DNA from: a virus
Length of the DNA: 64,000 nucleotides
IMG/VR virus record: IMGVR_UViG_3300045806_000063
Location: 32,001 to 96,000 of that record
Reading direction: 5' to 3' (one strand)
Shown: in pieces, positions 18,706-28,262 of the stretch
Layout: every line of letters begins with the position of its first letter
Numbering within the stretch: the stretch's first letter is position 1
Position numbers and translations under genes: made by a program
Notes under the pieces: generated by a model
Database searches by the model: none
Told to the model about the DNA's origin: nothing
What the model saw: only the letters and a program-made list of their open reading frames with translations

Positions 18706-19947
18706 TTACGGAGCAGTAGATCCATTGTAATTGATTGGTATTGTAATATTTATACCATTCATTACAGCGCTAATATAACCAGTATGCTCCGTGGCTGGGG
18801 CCGTAGTGTAAGCATCTGATAGTACCAGGAATCCACCAGCCCCATTACCGATATGAACAGCTCCGCTATTATCTACCTGGAACAGGGCTGAAGTTGTATC
18901 GTTTCTAAGCAGTGTTAAGAAATTACCAGAAGGACTTGAATCAGAACTCCTTACGCCAACATACATGTCTCCTTCAGCAGGGGTTCCAGTTTGTGGAATT
19001 TGTGAAACTAAGATCCCGGTGGTAAAAGTATTCAAGTAAGTTCCAGTAGGGCTATTAGTTGGACCAATAACTACCCCAGTTGCACTAGAGGCAATTGTAA
19101 TTCCATTAATGGCATTCTTGATATTTACACCCGTGGTAAATGGACGAGTACCATCAATGCCAATTGCTTGAGCCGAACTAACGGCTCCGGTTCCATAAAT
19201 GTGGACTGGAGCATCATTAGTAGTAGCAGTGCTGTTAGTTGTATGAACTATATCGATGCCATAGAGTTTACCAGTAGTACCAGTGTCTGACTCTGAGAGA
19301 ATCTTTACTGCAGAAAGCCCGCCATATGTAGGTGAGTTTACTGCACTCTCTAAATGTGCACTGTAGACCACAACGCTATCCCACCCAGTCTTTCCCGCTA
19401 GCTGGGTAAAGTCATAAGCTACTCCAGTAAAACCGCCAGCAGTAGGACGTACCCCGGAAGGTGCAAAGTTAGCCAAAGTTGATAATGGTTGGATGTTAAC
19501 AGCTAACAAATCCCTAGGCCATGTAGTGCTCGTGAATGTGGCAGTGGGATCGATATCAAAGATTACATTGTCAGCAGCAAATGTAGATTCAGGAGTAGCA
19601 TTAATAACCCAACTACCAGCAGGTATTCGAATATTCCCTCCCCAAGTACCAAGTCCTCCAACTGCATTCAGCAAAGCTCCATCTGAATAACATCCACTTA
19701 ACCCAGTAGTGCAATTTGGTATACCGCCCCAGTCGATAATACTCGTACCGTATTTAAAATTAGCTTCATCTACAGCCCCTGCGGTAGCTGTAAAGTTAGT
19801 GTTAAGCTGACTGATAGTCAGTCCAGGTCCACCGGATGATACAGTATGAATCTCGGGTGACACGTAAGTTGGAGCGGCAGTAACAACTGCTGATGTAAAC
19901 GTCAGTGCAGCTACCATTAATAGTCTTGAAATTTTACTATTCTTCAT
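18706..19947 (-). CDS. Tailspike-like beta-rich protein with Sec-type signal peptide (paralogue of 28903)
   Basis: RBS GAGGA; MKNSKISRLLMVAALTFTSAVVTA leader; GPGLTISQLNTNF; SIIDWGGIP...SDGALL pectate-lyase-like start. Confidence 0.65.
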   Translation of the reverse strand: MKNSKISRLLMVAALTFTSAVVTAAPTYVSPEIHTVSSGGPGLTISQLNTNFTATAGAVDEANFKYGTSIIDWGGIPNCTTGLSGCYSDGALLNAVGGLGTWGGNIRIPAGSWVINATPESTFAADNVIFDIDPTATFTSTTWPRDLLAVNIQPLSTLANFAPSGVRPTAGGFTGVAYDFTQLAGKTGWDSVVVYSAHLESAVNSPTYGGLSAVKILSESDTGTTGKLYGIDIVHTTNSTATTNDAPVHIYGTGAVSSAQAIGIDGTRPFTTGVNIKNAINGITIASSATGVVIGPTNSPTGTYLNTFTTGILVSQIPQTGTPAEGDMYVGVRSSDSSPSGNFLTLLRNDTTSALFQVDNSGAVHIGNGAGGFLVLSDAYTTAPATEHTGYISAVMNGINITIPINYNGSTAP

Positions 19948-19964
19948 TTTTTATTTCCTCTTTA

Positions 19965-20927
19965 TTAAAAGCCAATGGCATAATAGGTTACTCTTCTACT
20001 TCCTGTATAACTAGGGTCTAAAGTTATACTCACGTTTACATTGTAATCCTTAGGGGCAGACCATCTGATGGTGTCAAGGGTAGGAGGGACTTCTGGATCA
20101 TCTGCAGCTATAGTGCAGAAGACACTTAAGCATTTATTTGGAAAGTTCTTCCCTACAAACAAAAGCGTGTTAGGGATATTAACATTCTTAAATTTGTAAC
20201 TACCATGCTTGATAGTAAAACCATTTAAAGGTATCTCGTAATGGTCTATGTTTGGAACTGGAGTTACACCTGGCAAACGATTTTCTAAGTTTAAAATCAT
20301 TTCAGCAAATGCACTATTATTACTGTTTACTGAGGACATCAGGTTCAGTAGTGGTAACATTGTAGAGTTAGCCCAGAAACCAGATAAGCCACCAATATCA
20401 TCAATAGAGACATCTTGTCTAGTCCTTACTGCAGTCGATAAGTACATTAAGGCCTGGCAGATGATAGGGTATTCAGTCATGGCACTAGCCATTAATGAAT
20501 GGGGAGTTGGTGGAAAGCTAGTAGGAGCAGTACTCCAGTCAATAGCCATATACTCATCAACTGTATCTAACAGTCCATCTGCTATTATTGTAGCTTTATC
20601 AACCACATATTCACCACCCACGGTTTGGTAGTTTATATAGTAGCCTCCTACTGAATTACGAGGAAGCATGTTAATGGCACCATATACATCCAGACCGATA
20701 GCATCACTAGCTTGCGCCCAGTGTAATGATAAGGTGTAATGAACGTTTTCAGTTAAAGTAGCTCCGTTACTGGCGACTATACTTAACCCTTTTCTATAAA
20801 AGGGCGATGCATTAGGTGAGAATAAGTATGATTTTGATGGATCTGTCGCAGTGATCGTATGATACTCGTTAGGTATGAAGTTATCAGGCAGCTCGCCTGT
20901 AGGATCAAAAATATACGTACCTGGCAT
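19965..20927 (-). CDS. Tail fibre/baseplate protein (gp131-135 family) with short C-terminal beta domain
   Basis: YIFDPTGELPDNFIPNEYH; SPFY; NYQTVGG; FPPTPH; C-term IKHGSYKF...FPNKCLSV...YYAIGF. Confidence 0.75.
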   Translation of the reverse strand: MPGTYIFDPTGELPDNFIPNEYHTITATDPSKSYLFSPNASPFYRKGLSIVASNGATLTENVHYTLSLHWAQASDAIGLDVYGAINMLPRNSVGGYYINYQTVGGEYVVDKATIIADGLLDTVDEYMAIDWSTAPTSFPPTPHSLMASAMTEYPIICQALMYLSTAVRTRQDVSIDDIGGLSGFWANSTMLPLLNLMSSVNSNNSAFAEMILNLENRLPGVTPVPNIDHYEIPLNGFTIKHGSYKFKNVNIPNTLLFVGKNFPNKCLSVFCTIAADDPEVPPTLDTIRWSAPKDYNVNVSITLDPSYTGSRRVTYYAIGF

Positions 20928-20980
20928 GGTTGTTCCTCAGTTTAAAATTTAACATATGATGATTTCGTAGGGGTATATAA

Positions 20981-22174
20981 ATGATTAATGAAATCTTAGC
21001 CAGAAAGGCTAACCAGTGGATTGCACTGAACACAGATGACACAATTGCTACAGCTCTTTCTTATAATAGGGTATTTATTTCCATAACTGATCCTGTAACA
21101 CTTCTGCTATCCCAATACGATCTATTACAGTTCTCAACTATTAATTCAGTTAGTTCAAGTTTAACTATTCTTGAATTTATTACAGCTTTTAACACAGCTT
21201 ATCCTCAGTCTCAGACAAGGACACTATCCTTAGCATCTCAGAAGGTTATTAACTACTACACTCTATGGGACTATGGGTTAGTAGCCAATCGTATTAACCC
21301 TTCTAATCTAGCACTTTCTCCTAATCCAAATAATTTACCTGACCTCAGCATTACAATAAGTAATAATCTCTGGGGTAATGTTAATGGATTCCAAAATAAT
21401 CTATTGTTCTTAATTAATGGAGTTATAGCTCCTGAGACATATCTACCTAGTTCAATTCTGATACGACACGGTTCTTTACTAATTGATACTAATCCGCAGC
21501 AGACTATTGGAGTGTTAGACTTTACTGCATTAGGTGGTTATACCAGACAGTACTTTACAGCTAGTGATATCGCTCAGTTTTCCAGCACTAACACATCTGC
21601 AACTTACCACATTACACTAGCTACTCCTTTAACCGGATCTCCTGTATTAGTATTAAACGGTAGAGTTCATCTATTTGAAGATATTTTTAAAGTAATAAAC
21701 CCTACCACCTTAGCAGTTACACTAAGTTATGAAATGGTAGTTAAGGAAGCGTTTACAGCAGAACCATCTTTACTGAACTGGATGAGTAGAGTCGATGCAG
21801 AGTCAACAGGGTTCAACGTAGGAACCTTTAATGCTATTAATTACCTCACTCAACTTAGCTCCTTCCTTATAACTGTAAATGGAGCATTAAGTTATACAGA
21901 CGTTCCAGTTATAGATACAGGGTTAGGAAATGCTAGATTGACTTTTTCTGACATTACAGATATTATATTTCTTTCTGATGGAACAATCGGTTACTATGTG
22001 GTAAATGAAATGCTTTCAGATTTCAATACAGTTTTGTCTGTATCAGACCCACTGACTAGCAATCTACTTGCTGATACCGAAGTTATCACTAGCAATGCAG
22101 TAGTCTCCTCACAGCCTTTAAACTCAATCAAAAAATCTAACCCTATTCAGTGCAAACACCTTTATATATTGTAA
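20981..22174 (+). CDS. Virion structural protein (phiKZ-like conserved, directly upstream of RNase H)
   Basis: 397 aa; LFLINGV, IGVLDF, PVLVLNGRVH pattern; synteny. Confidence 0.6.
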   Translation: MINEILARKANQWIALNTDDTIATALSYNRVFISITDPVTLLLSQYDLLQFSTINSVSSSLTILEFITAFNTAYPQSQTRTLSLASQKVINYYTLWDYGLVANRINPSNLALSPNPNNLPDLSITISNNLWGNVNGFQNNLLFLINGVIAPETYLPSSILIRHGSLLIDTNPQQTIGVLDFTALGGYTRQYFTASDIAQFSSTNTSATYHITLATPLTGSPVLVLNGRVHLFEDIFKVINPTTLAVTLSYEMVVKEAFTAEPSLLNWMSRVDAESTGFNVGTFNAINYLTQLSSFLITVNGALSYTDVPVIDTGLGNARLTFSDITDIIFLSDGTIGYYVVNEMLSDFNTVLSVSDPLTSNLLADTEVITSNAVVSSQPLNSIKKSNPIQCKHLYIL

Positions 22175-22221
22175 ATTATGACTATTAAACATCTTGTAGT
22201 CAATACACCAACGGATTTATT

Positions 22222-24045
22222 ATGTCTACTATCGTAAAAATTACATGGTCTAAAAAAGAAGGATATGAATGTAGCTCCGCTGGAGATATGAGATTTTCAG
22301 CATTTGGCGCTATCATGCCTGATGGAAGAACCTTAGAGCAACATTATCAGTGCGATGTTAAAGGATATGAACCAGGTGGTACTAACTGGAAATTAGGTAA
22401 AGGAAAACCACCACTTGATAAATCTACAAAGCCATTTCCTGCGTATCTAAATCTTTGGAAAATCTGGGCTAACTTACCTGGTAACATTGAGTTATTAGAA
22501 GAACTATATTTGTTAGCTTTGAAAAATGGTAACAGGTTAAGTGATAAGTTTGCAACCGGTCCGGTAAATCAAGCTCACACTTTATCAGTTATCATAAATG
22601 ACCTAAAGAAAGAAGTCAAGACTAAGATTACCGCCACCATCTATACTGATGGTTCCGCTAATCCCAATCCAGGCCCTGCAGGTTATGGCTTTGCTGCAAC
22701 TGATTCAACTGGTAAGAAATACTTAGGCCATGGCCCTACAGCACTACATTCAACCAATAACGTATCTGAGTTATTAGGGGTAGCGTACGGTATTTTGCAG
22801 TTAAGAAATAACATACCAACCTTATCGAACATTAATTTATTTTCAGACAGTAAATATGTTTTAAACAATCTGAAGTATTTTGATAACTGGAAAGCAAATG
22901 GATTTCTTAAAAGTGATGGACAGCCTGTAGCTAACAAAGAAGTATGGGAGTATCTTGACAGTGTGTTAACCTCGGTTAAGTCTTCTGGGGTTACAATTAA
23001 GATGGACTGGGTGAAAGGACACAATGGTAATGAAGGTAATGAGTTAGCTGATAAACAAGCTGACCTAGGAAGACTTGTAGCTTTAGAGAATAAAGTAGAT
23101 TTGAAGTTTGGTTTAACTGAATTGCATAACTTAACTGTTATACCGTTTATTAAGCTAACTCCGACTGATAAAGTTGCAGAAGCTGTCAACCCTCTGATGT
23201 GTGCTAAACGATGGTTCTTCATTACAGGATCTCCTGATCATATTCAGGATAGACCATATTACTTCGGAGCTAATTACGAAGATAAGAAAGATGAAAATAA
23301 TCGTAACTTAGGTAAACGAACCCCAGATACCATGTACACGATGTTAAAGCCTAAAGAGAGAATCAAACCATTAGATGATCTCCGAGCTGAATTTGAGTAT
23401 AAGTATAATGATGGCGCCTACCCTATTATCTGCGATCTAAAAAAGATAACGACCAGTAAAGTGTGGACTGACTTATCCGCTGGAGTACGTGAGAATGTAG
23501 AATTCTTAGGAGATCTCTTAGTCACCAAAAGTATTGCGGGGAGTGAGTCTGTTAGTTTAGGAAATTTACATTTCCCACCTAAGTTAGCTTTTAGAGTACC
23601 AAATGAAATAACACGAGCTAATGACTATATAACTGACTATGAAACACATGCTCACCAGAACTTGTCTCCACAAGAGTGTTCAATACTCTTCTTCGATATA
23701 ACTGATAAGATATACAGTTCTGATGCTAAAGGTAAAGTCTCTATGCAGAAAGAATTTACTGTCAGTGAGAAGTATATTGATATCGCACTTTCAATACCGT
23801 ACTATGAAAAGGGAGAAGTGCGTCTACCTGTTACTGATGATGTAATTCGTTTAACTGCGAACTTATCTATGCCTGGTCGTACTTGTTTTTCATCACTGAT
23901 TAAAGTATCTAAAGAGAAACCTAAAGTGACACTAATAGTTTACGATAGCTGTGAGCGTAGTTGTAGGGTGGCTGTGATCGTTGAATTTAATGGGGATATA
24001 GCTTGCTATTTTGCAAGTGATTCCGACTTCATAATAAAGAGGTAA
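22222..24045 (+). CDS. rnhA: Ribonuclease HI (phiKZ gp155-like) with an extra N-terminal NADAR-like domain
   Basis: YTDGS, TNNVSEL, FSDSKY, WVKGH.GNEGNELAD give the DEDD catalytic set; about 130-aa N-terminal domain with ECSS..D.RFSAF...DGRTLEQHYQCDVK. Confidence 0.88.
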   Translation: MSTIVKITWSKKEGYECSSAGDMRFSAFGAIMPDGRTLEQHYQCDVKGYEPGGTNWKLGKGKPPLDKSTKPFPAYLNLWKIWANLPGNIELLEELYLLALKNGNRLSDKFATGPVNQAHTLSVIINDLKKEVKTKITATIYTDGSANPNPGPAGYGFAATDSTGKKYLGHGPTALHSTNNVSELLGVAYGILQLRNNIPTLSNINLFSDSKYVLNNLKYFDNWKANGFLKSDGQPVANKEVWEYLDSVLTSVKSSGVTIKMDWVKGHNGNEGNELADKQADLGRLVALENKVDLKFGLTELHNLTVIPFIKLTPTDKVAEAVNPLMCAKRWFFITGSPDHIQDRPYYFGANYEDKKDENNRNLGKRTPDTMYTMLKPKERIKPLDDLRAEFEYKYNDGAYPIICDLKKITTSKVWTDLSAGVRENVEFLGDLLVTKSIAGSESVSLGNLHFPPKLAFRVPNEITRANDYITDYETHAHQNLSPQECSILFFDITDKIYSSDAKGKVSMQKEFTVSEKYIDIALSIPYYEKGEVRLPVTDDVIRLTANLSMPGRTCFSSLIKVSKEKPKVTLIVYDSCERSCRVAVIVEFNGDIACYFASDSDFIIKR

Positions 24046-24048
24046 TAA

Positions 24049-25302
24049 ATGTCTACAATATATGGTTTTCTGCAAGATAACTATTTTCTTAATGGTTCAA
24101 GCACACCTAATCCGGTGGGACAGATCAGTAATAAGAGTCTTACCTACGCTCCTACTGGTATATTTACAGCGGCTAACAGTGCCGCTGACTTATATATTTT
24201 CAATCCTAATCTGGTATCAGCTTTAGTTTCATCTACGGCATTAGAGCAGTTAGCTACTGCTCTAAGCGTGATTCCTAATTATCCTGTTGGACTATCATCA
24301 GTCCTGAATGATATTGTCGGTATTCTTGGTGCAGGGTTTACGAATATATCGATTGGAGCATTAGTATATAACCCAACCGATGCTAAGAACTATCCATCCT
24401 CTATCTCTTTTACATATACAAATGGAGGGGTAAGTCAGAATTACCAGATATGGCTTGCTGATACGAATTTTCAAAATGAATACCCTAGTGGGGTTATAAC
24501 TGTACTAACCCCAATAGCCAATCTATCTCACCTATACAGTAACTTCGCATTATGTAATGCCGCTATTGGAGCTTTAACTCCACTGAGTATGTCACAGTTA
24601 ATTGAAGCTCAGCAAGAAGCAGCTCCTCTAGAGAAAACTGTTATCTACTTTACAACTTTCCGGGTATTTAATGTTACAAACTCTAGTCAGTGGTTTGACT
24701 TACCAGTAGCGTATATTTGCAATGGTGGCACTTTATTTTGTAACACTGCTAGTTGTAAGGCTGCCTTCATTAATGCCTTACTAACAGAGTCTCTCTTCAC
24801 TCTACAGCAATGGGAAGTGATCATTCCGACACTGGTACCAACTAACAAGTTTTACGTTATACCTAATTTATCAAATGAAGCAATAGCTGTAGGGACTCCA
24901 ATCCAAAGTCCAACCATAAATCTCAGTACTACTTCATTAGCTACTCTACAGACTACTTACTTTCCAGATTATGGATCGTCAGTAGATGCCTTAATTGATT
25001 ATACGGTAGCTCTTTATAACTCAATAGGGTTATTCATATTACCGTGTAACTCAAATCTAACATCGGCTACCTTCCATGATACATTTGGTGATTACTTTTT
25101 AGTATCAACTAATGACGTAATCATTAACAGGATGTCAGTAAACACTCAACAGATGGTTACTCTCTTAACTAATATGCTTGTTTTAATTACCACTACCAAT
25201 GTCTTGGTAACATTACCGGCTGGATACTCTATTGAAGTCAGAAATGGTTTTAACTATCTAGTAGGTAATGTGGGTACCACTACATTATCTGTTCTTATCT
25301 AA
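24049..25302 (+). CDS. Virion structural protein (phiKZ gp157-like)
   Basis: 417 aa; IYGF...VGQISNKSLTY and QIWLAD..FQNEY motifs; synteny after RNase H. Confidence 0.62.
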   Translation: MSTIYGFLQDNYFLNGSSTPNPVGQISNKSLTYAPTGIFTAANSAADLYIFNPNLVSALVSSTALEQLATALSVIPNYPVGLSSVLNDIVGILGAGFTNISIGALVYNPTDAKNYPSSISFTYTNGGVSQNYQIWLADTNFQNEYPSGVITVLTPIANLSHLYSNFALCNAAIGALTPLSMSQLIEAQQEAAPLEKTVIYFTTFRVFNVTNSSQWFDLPVAYICNGGTLFCNTASCKAAFINALLTESLFTLQQWEVIIPTLVPTNKFYVIPNLSNEAIAVGTPIQSPTINLSTTSLATLQTTYFPDYGSSVDALIDYTVALYNSIGLFILPCNSNLTSATFHDTFGDYFLVSTNDVIINRMSVNTQQMVTLLTNMLVLITTTNVLVTLPAGYSIEVRNGFNYLVGNVGTTTLSVLI

Positions 25303-25314
25303 GGAGAACTTTTT

Positions 25315-25947
25315 ATGTCATTAGCTTTAGCTTTAGGGAGTTATGGCTTATTTACAGCTTTATCTCCATTTGCTATTACTCAAGTAAATTATCAGGTAAC
25401 TCAACTCAATCTAATAAGTGCACTAGTTTCAAATGGAGTTGATGTATTTAATAGCTTTTATGCACCTGCGGGATTACTTCAAGCACAGTTTACTACAGAT
25501 CTGACAAATGGCGCTGCTATAGTGACGCTAGAGTCGGAAAATGGACCAACAGTCAATATCCCCTCAAGTTATCTTTCCACCTCACCAGTGGAGCCTGCGG
25601 TAGCTTATCATGGAGCAATACTATTTGTAGACTTAGGCGATTTACCTGATGCAGTTTCTTTAGATCAGCTAACCTCTGACATAACTGTTATGGCTGAAGG
25701 TGCATTAGGAGTAACTGCTACAGTAACCACAGCGGTTAAACCTGCTAAGAAGCTTTATAGCTATGCAGAATCTTTAGTATTAGAAGCAGAAAGACAAGTA
25801 GCCTTAACAACTTATCTCTCATTTTACTCTGGCAAGGTTGCAGCTGATGCAGAATTAGCTGCAGTAAAACTACAGCTTGGTAAATATGCAGATATAATAA
25901 AATCACAAATAACCCAGATAGAAGCATTGAAAGCTCAACTGCCTTAA
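25315..25947 (+). CDS. Conserved phiKZ-like protein, probably virion-associated
   Basis: 210 aa; PF, IVTLES, IPSSY, DLGDLP, LGV pattern; C-terminal coiled coil. Confidence 0.6.
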   Translation: MSLALALGSYGLFTALSPFAITQVNYQVTQLNLISALVSNGVDVFNSFYAPAGLLQAQFTTDLTNGAAIVTLESENGPTVNIPSSYLSTSPVEPAVAYHGAILFVDLGDLPDAVSLDQLTSDITVMAEGALGVTATVTTAVKPAKKLYSYAESLVLEAERQVALTTYLSFYSGKVAADAELAAVKLQLGKYADIIKSQITQIEALKAQLP

Positions 25948-25956
25948 ACTCACCGT

Positions 25957-25996
25957 ATATATTACTCCTTCGCATTAATGCGAAGGAGTAATATAT
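25957..25996. terminator. Perfect 40-bp palindrome
   Basis: atatattactccttcgcatt|aatgcgaaggagtaatatat. Confidence 0.8.
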
Positions 25997-26046
25997 TTAT
26001 TTAGACTTCACCATATATACAGTGTATTTAATTAGAGGAATTAACA

Positions 26047-26880
26047 ATGACAACGACATATAGTAAAGAACAACAAGCTGCGATATTTAAGGGAGTTTCA
26101 TTAGTACAGAAAGCGTATAACAATACACTGTTCACAGATATGAAGTTTGAAATAGATAAGAATTATGGAGACTATTATCATTCCGATACTTCAGTAGCTA
26201 TTCCATTACGAGAAACGATGGGAGCAGGCATTATAACTCATGAAGCAGACGGAAGTACTACTGTAGATATAGTTTACAGAGGCACTGAATTTAACACACC
26301 TTTTGATGTACTGACTGACTTGACAGATGTTTATACTTATTTAAATCATGAAAACTTTAAACCATGTATACTTCGTCGAGATTTAAAACCAGGCGTTCAT
26401 GCAGGCGGTCATAAGAGATGGGCAGATTTAATTAGCGATGGTAAGTTTTACAAAAGTTTAAATATGCATTTACGTGGGCATAAATCACCTGACACGTTAA
26501 GAGTGTATGGGCATTCTATGGGATGCTGGCCGGCAATATTAACAGCACTTGACATTTTTGCATTAAAGGACGCGGTGGCAATACTACCAGGTAAAGTATT
26601 CAATATTGAATGTCACCTATACGCCCCGCCTACTTTCTGCGATTCCGCATTCCTGCAACTAATTAAGTCCATTTTACTACAAATTAGATTTAAGATAACC
26701 TTTATTGTTATAGCTCTTGAACATGACATAGTGCCAGATCTTCCATTGGATTTTAAACAAGCATACCCAGTTACCAGGATACCTAGTGAAGGATGGATTA
26801 TGGAAGAATTGAAACATCATTCAATTGATAGTTATCCAGAAGCACTGAAGAAATACTTTGAAATAGAATTAACATCTTAA
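26047..26880 (+). CDS. Class 3 lipase / alpha-beta hydrolase
   Basis: IVYRGT, GHSMG nucleophile elbow, HDIVP (Asp), HHSIDSY (His); RBS GAGGA. Confidence 0.85.
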   Translation: MTTTYSKEQQAAIFKGVSLVQKAYNNTLFTDMKFEIDKNYGDYYHSDTSVAIPLRETMGAGIITHEADGSTTVDIVYRGTEFNTPFDVLTDLTDVYTYLNHENFKPCILRRDLKPGVHAGGHKRWADLISDGKFYKSLNMHLRGHKSPDTLRVYGHSMGCWPAILTALDIFALKDAVAILPGKVFNIECHLYAPPTFCDSAFLQLIKSILLQIRFKITFIVIALEHDIVPDLPLDFKQAYPVTRIPSEGWIMEELKHHSIDSYPEALKKYFEIELTS

Positions 26881-26952
26881 ATTTAATTATAGTTACTAGT
26901 TCTATAATGTGACTGATAATAGTCATCACTTAACCTCACATAGGAAATACAA

Positions 26953-27420
26953 ATGTCTTCACATTCTGCAAAACAACTGGTCTCGGCCAAATTCTCATTT
27001 ATTGTTTCATTAGTGGTAGCTGCAGCAGCATCCTTTACTCAACTTGACGGTACAATCCTGGCAGTTCAACCAACTGATACTTTTGAATCTTTTGTCCAAA
27101 AACTGCAAGCTTCCGTAACCGTATTGCCACAACCACTGCAAGCTTATCTGGATGATGATTCCGGCACTCTGGTTACTGTACCTTATGGCGCTACTGTTGG
27201 TGACGTGGTCGTTTGGGCCGATGATGCCATCCCAGCAGTTGCTGCAGCCGGTACCACTTTCTTTACTGCAGCTGAATGGGCTACTCTGATTGAACCAGGT
27301 TCTGAAGTTGATTCAGCTGCTGTCGCTGCAGTAGCTGACACTGCACCTGTGGCCGATACCGCTCCTGTGTCTGAAGGTTTTGACACTGCACCTGTGGCCG
27401 ATACCGCCCCTGTAGCTTAA
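26953..27420 (+). CDS. Hypothetical Ala-rich protein ending in DTAPV repeats
   Basis: 155 aa; RBS AGGA; 27-bp duplication at 27336-27362 and 27381-27407. Confidence 0.7.
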   Translation: MSSHSAKQLVSAKFSFIVSLVVAAAASFTQLDGTILAVQPTDTFESFVQKLQASVTVLPQPLQAYLDDDSGTLVTVPYGATVGDVVVWADDAIPAVAAAGTTFFTAAEWATLIEPGSEVDSAAVAAVADTAPVADTAPVSEGFDTAPVADTAPVA

Positions 27421-27435
27421 TCTTTATTCGGCCAG

Positions 27436-27765
27436 GTGACTTCACTTAGCACCAAAACTATTACCCCCAGCATTAATGCTGGGGGTAATACCCAAGGTAC
27501 CTCAACTGCTTCTCCAAATGTAGATCAAAATAATATAACCGAAGTAGGTCAGTTAGCTACGGTAGCAGTTAATGCAGCAACTGATGCTGGTACTGGTAAT
27601 ATTATTGGTGCAGGCTTTAATGGCTTTGCTGCATTAGTGATAGCTGCTGAATTAGTTGAGCAGAATATAAGAGTAATGGAAGCGCATCATGAAATTGAAA
27701 AAACAATTAATAATGAGACTAACGATCAGCTTGATGCTGATCTTGCAAGGTTGCGGGAGCTTTAA
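27436..27765 (+). CDS. Putative inner-membrane spanin (Rz-like); start uncertain
   Basis: Hydrophobic IIGAGFNGFAALVIAA then a coiled-coil tail; the 3' end is overlapped by a lipoprotein ORF. Confidence 0.45.
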   Translation: MTSLSTKTITPSINAGGNTQGTSTASPNVDQNNITEVGQLATVAVNAATDAGTGNIIGAGFNGFAALVIAAELVEQNIRVMEAHHEIEKTINNETNDQLDADLARLREL

Positions 27766-27898
27766 TTGTAACAACGGTTTTATCATTCCTTCTAAGAGTG
27801 TTACAGACGGAATGCTGATTGACGAAAAGAGAAGCTTAGACATTCGGGCTCAGGAATTTAAAAATGACTGCCCTTCTGGAAAATTTATCACCTTATAA
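27713..27898 (+). CDS. Lipoprotein, putative outer-membrane spanin (Rz1-like); alternative start at 27689
   Basis: MRLTISLMLILQGC lipobox; small, Cys-containing; overlaps the upstream gene in another frame. Confidence 0.55.
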   Translation: MRLTISLMLILQGCGSFNCNNGFIIPSKSVTDGMLIDEKRSLDIRAQEFKNDCPSGKFITL

Positions 27899-27908
27899 GG
27901 AAAACATA

Positions 27909-28262
27909 ATGAACAAAATTACTACTGTATTATTTTTCACCGTCATTGCATTTATGATGATGGCTTGTTCAACTACACCAGTCACACCTCAGGTGATTGA
28001 ACAGACCGTTCAGAATGCAGCAAATGACTTTTGTGCATTAGCCCCTACAGTCACTAAGGTGGTTATCACAGTTGAACAAGCCACTGGCGTTGATGCTAAA
28101 ACTCAAAATGCTACTACTAATGCAGCTACTGCTACGGCAGTGGGTTGTACTGCCGTGAACCTCGTATCTACTTTGTCCGGTACTCCTACTACATCTACCA
28201 CTCTGGTAGCTCCATCGTCTGGTACTATTACTGCTGCAGCTCCTGTAACTGTAAAGCCGTAA
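27909..28262 (+). CDS. Thr/Ala-rich lipoprotein (start moved to 27909)
   Basis: RBS AAGGA; MNKITTVLFFTVIAFMMMAC lipobox. Confidence 0.75.
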   Translation: MNKITTVLFFTVIAFMMMACSTTPVTPQVIEQTVQNAANDFCALAPTVTKVVITVEQATGVDAKTQNATTNAATATAVGCTAVNLVSTLSGTPTTSTTLVAPSSGTITAAAPVTVKP

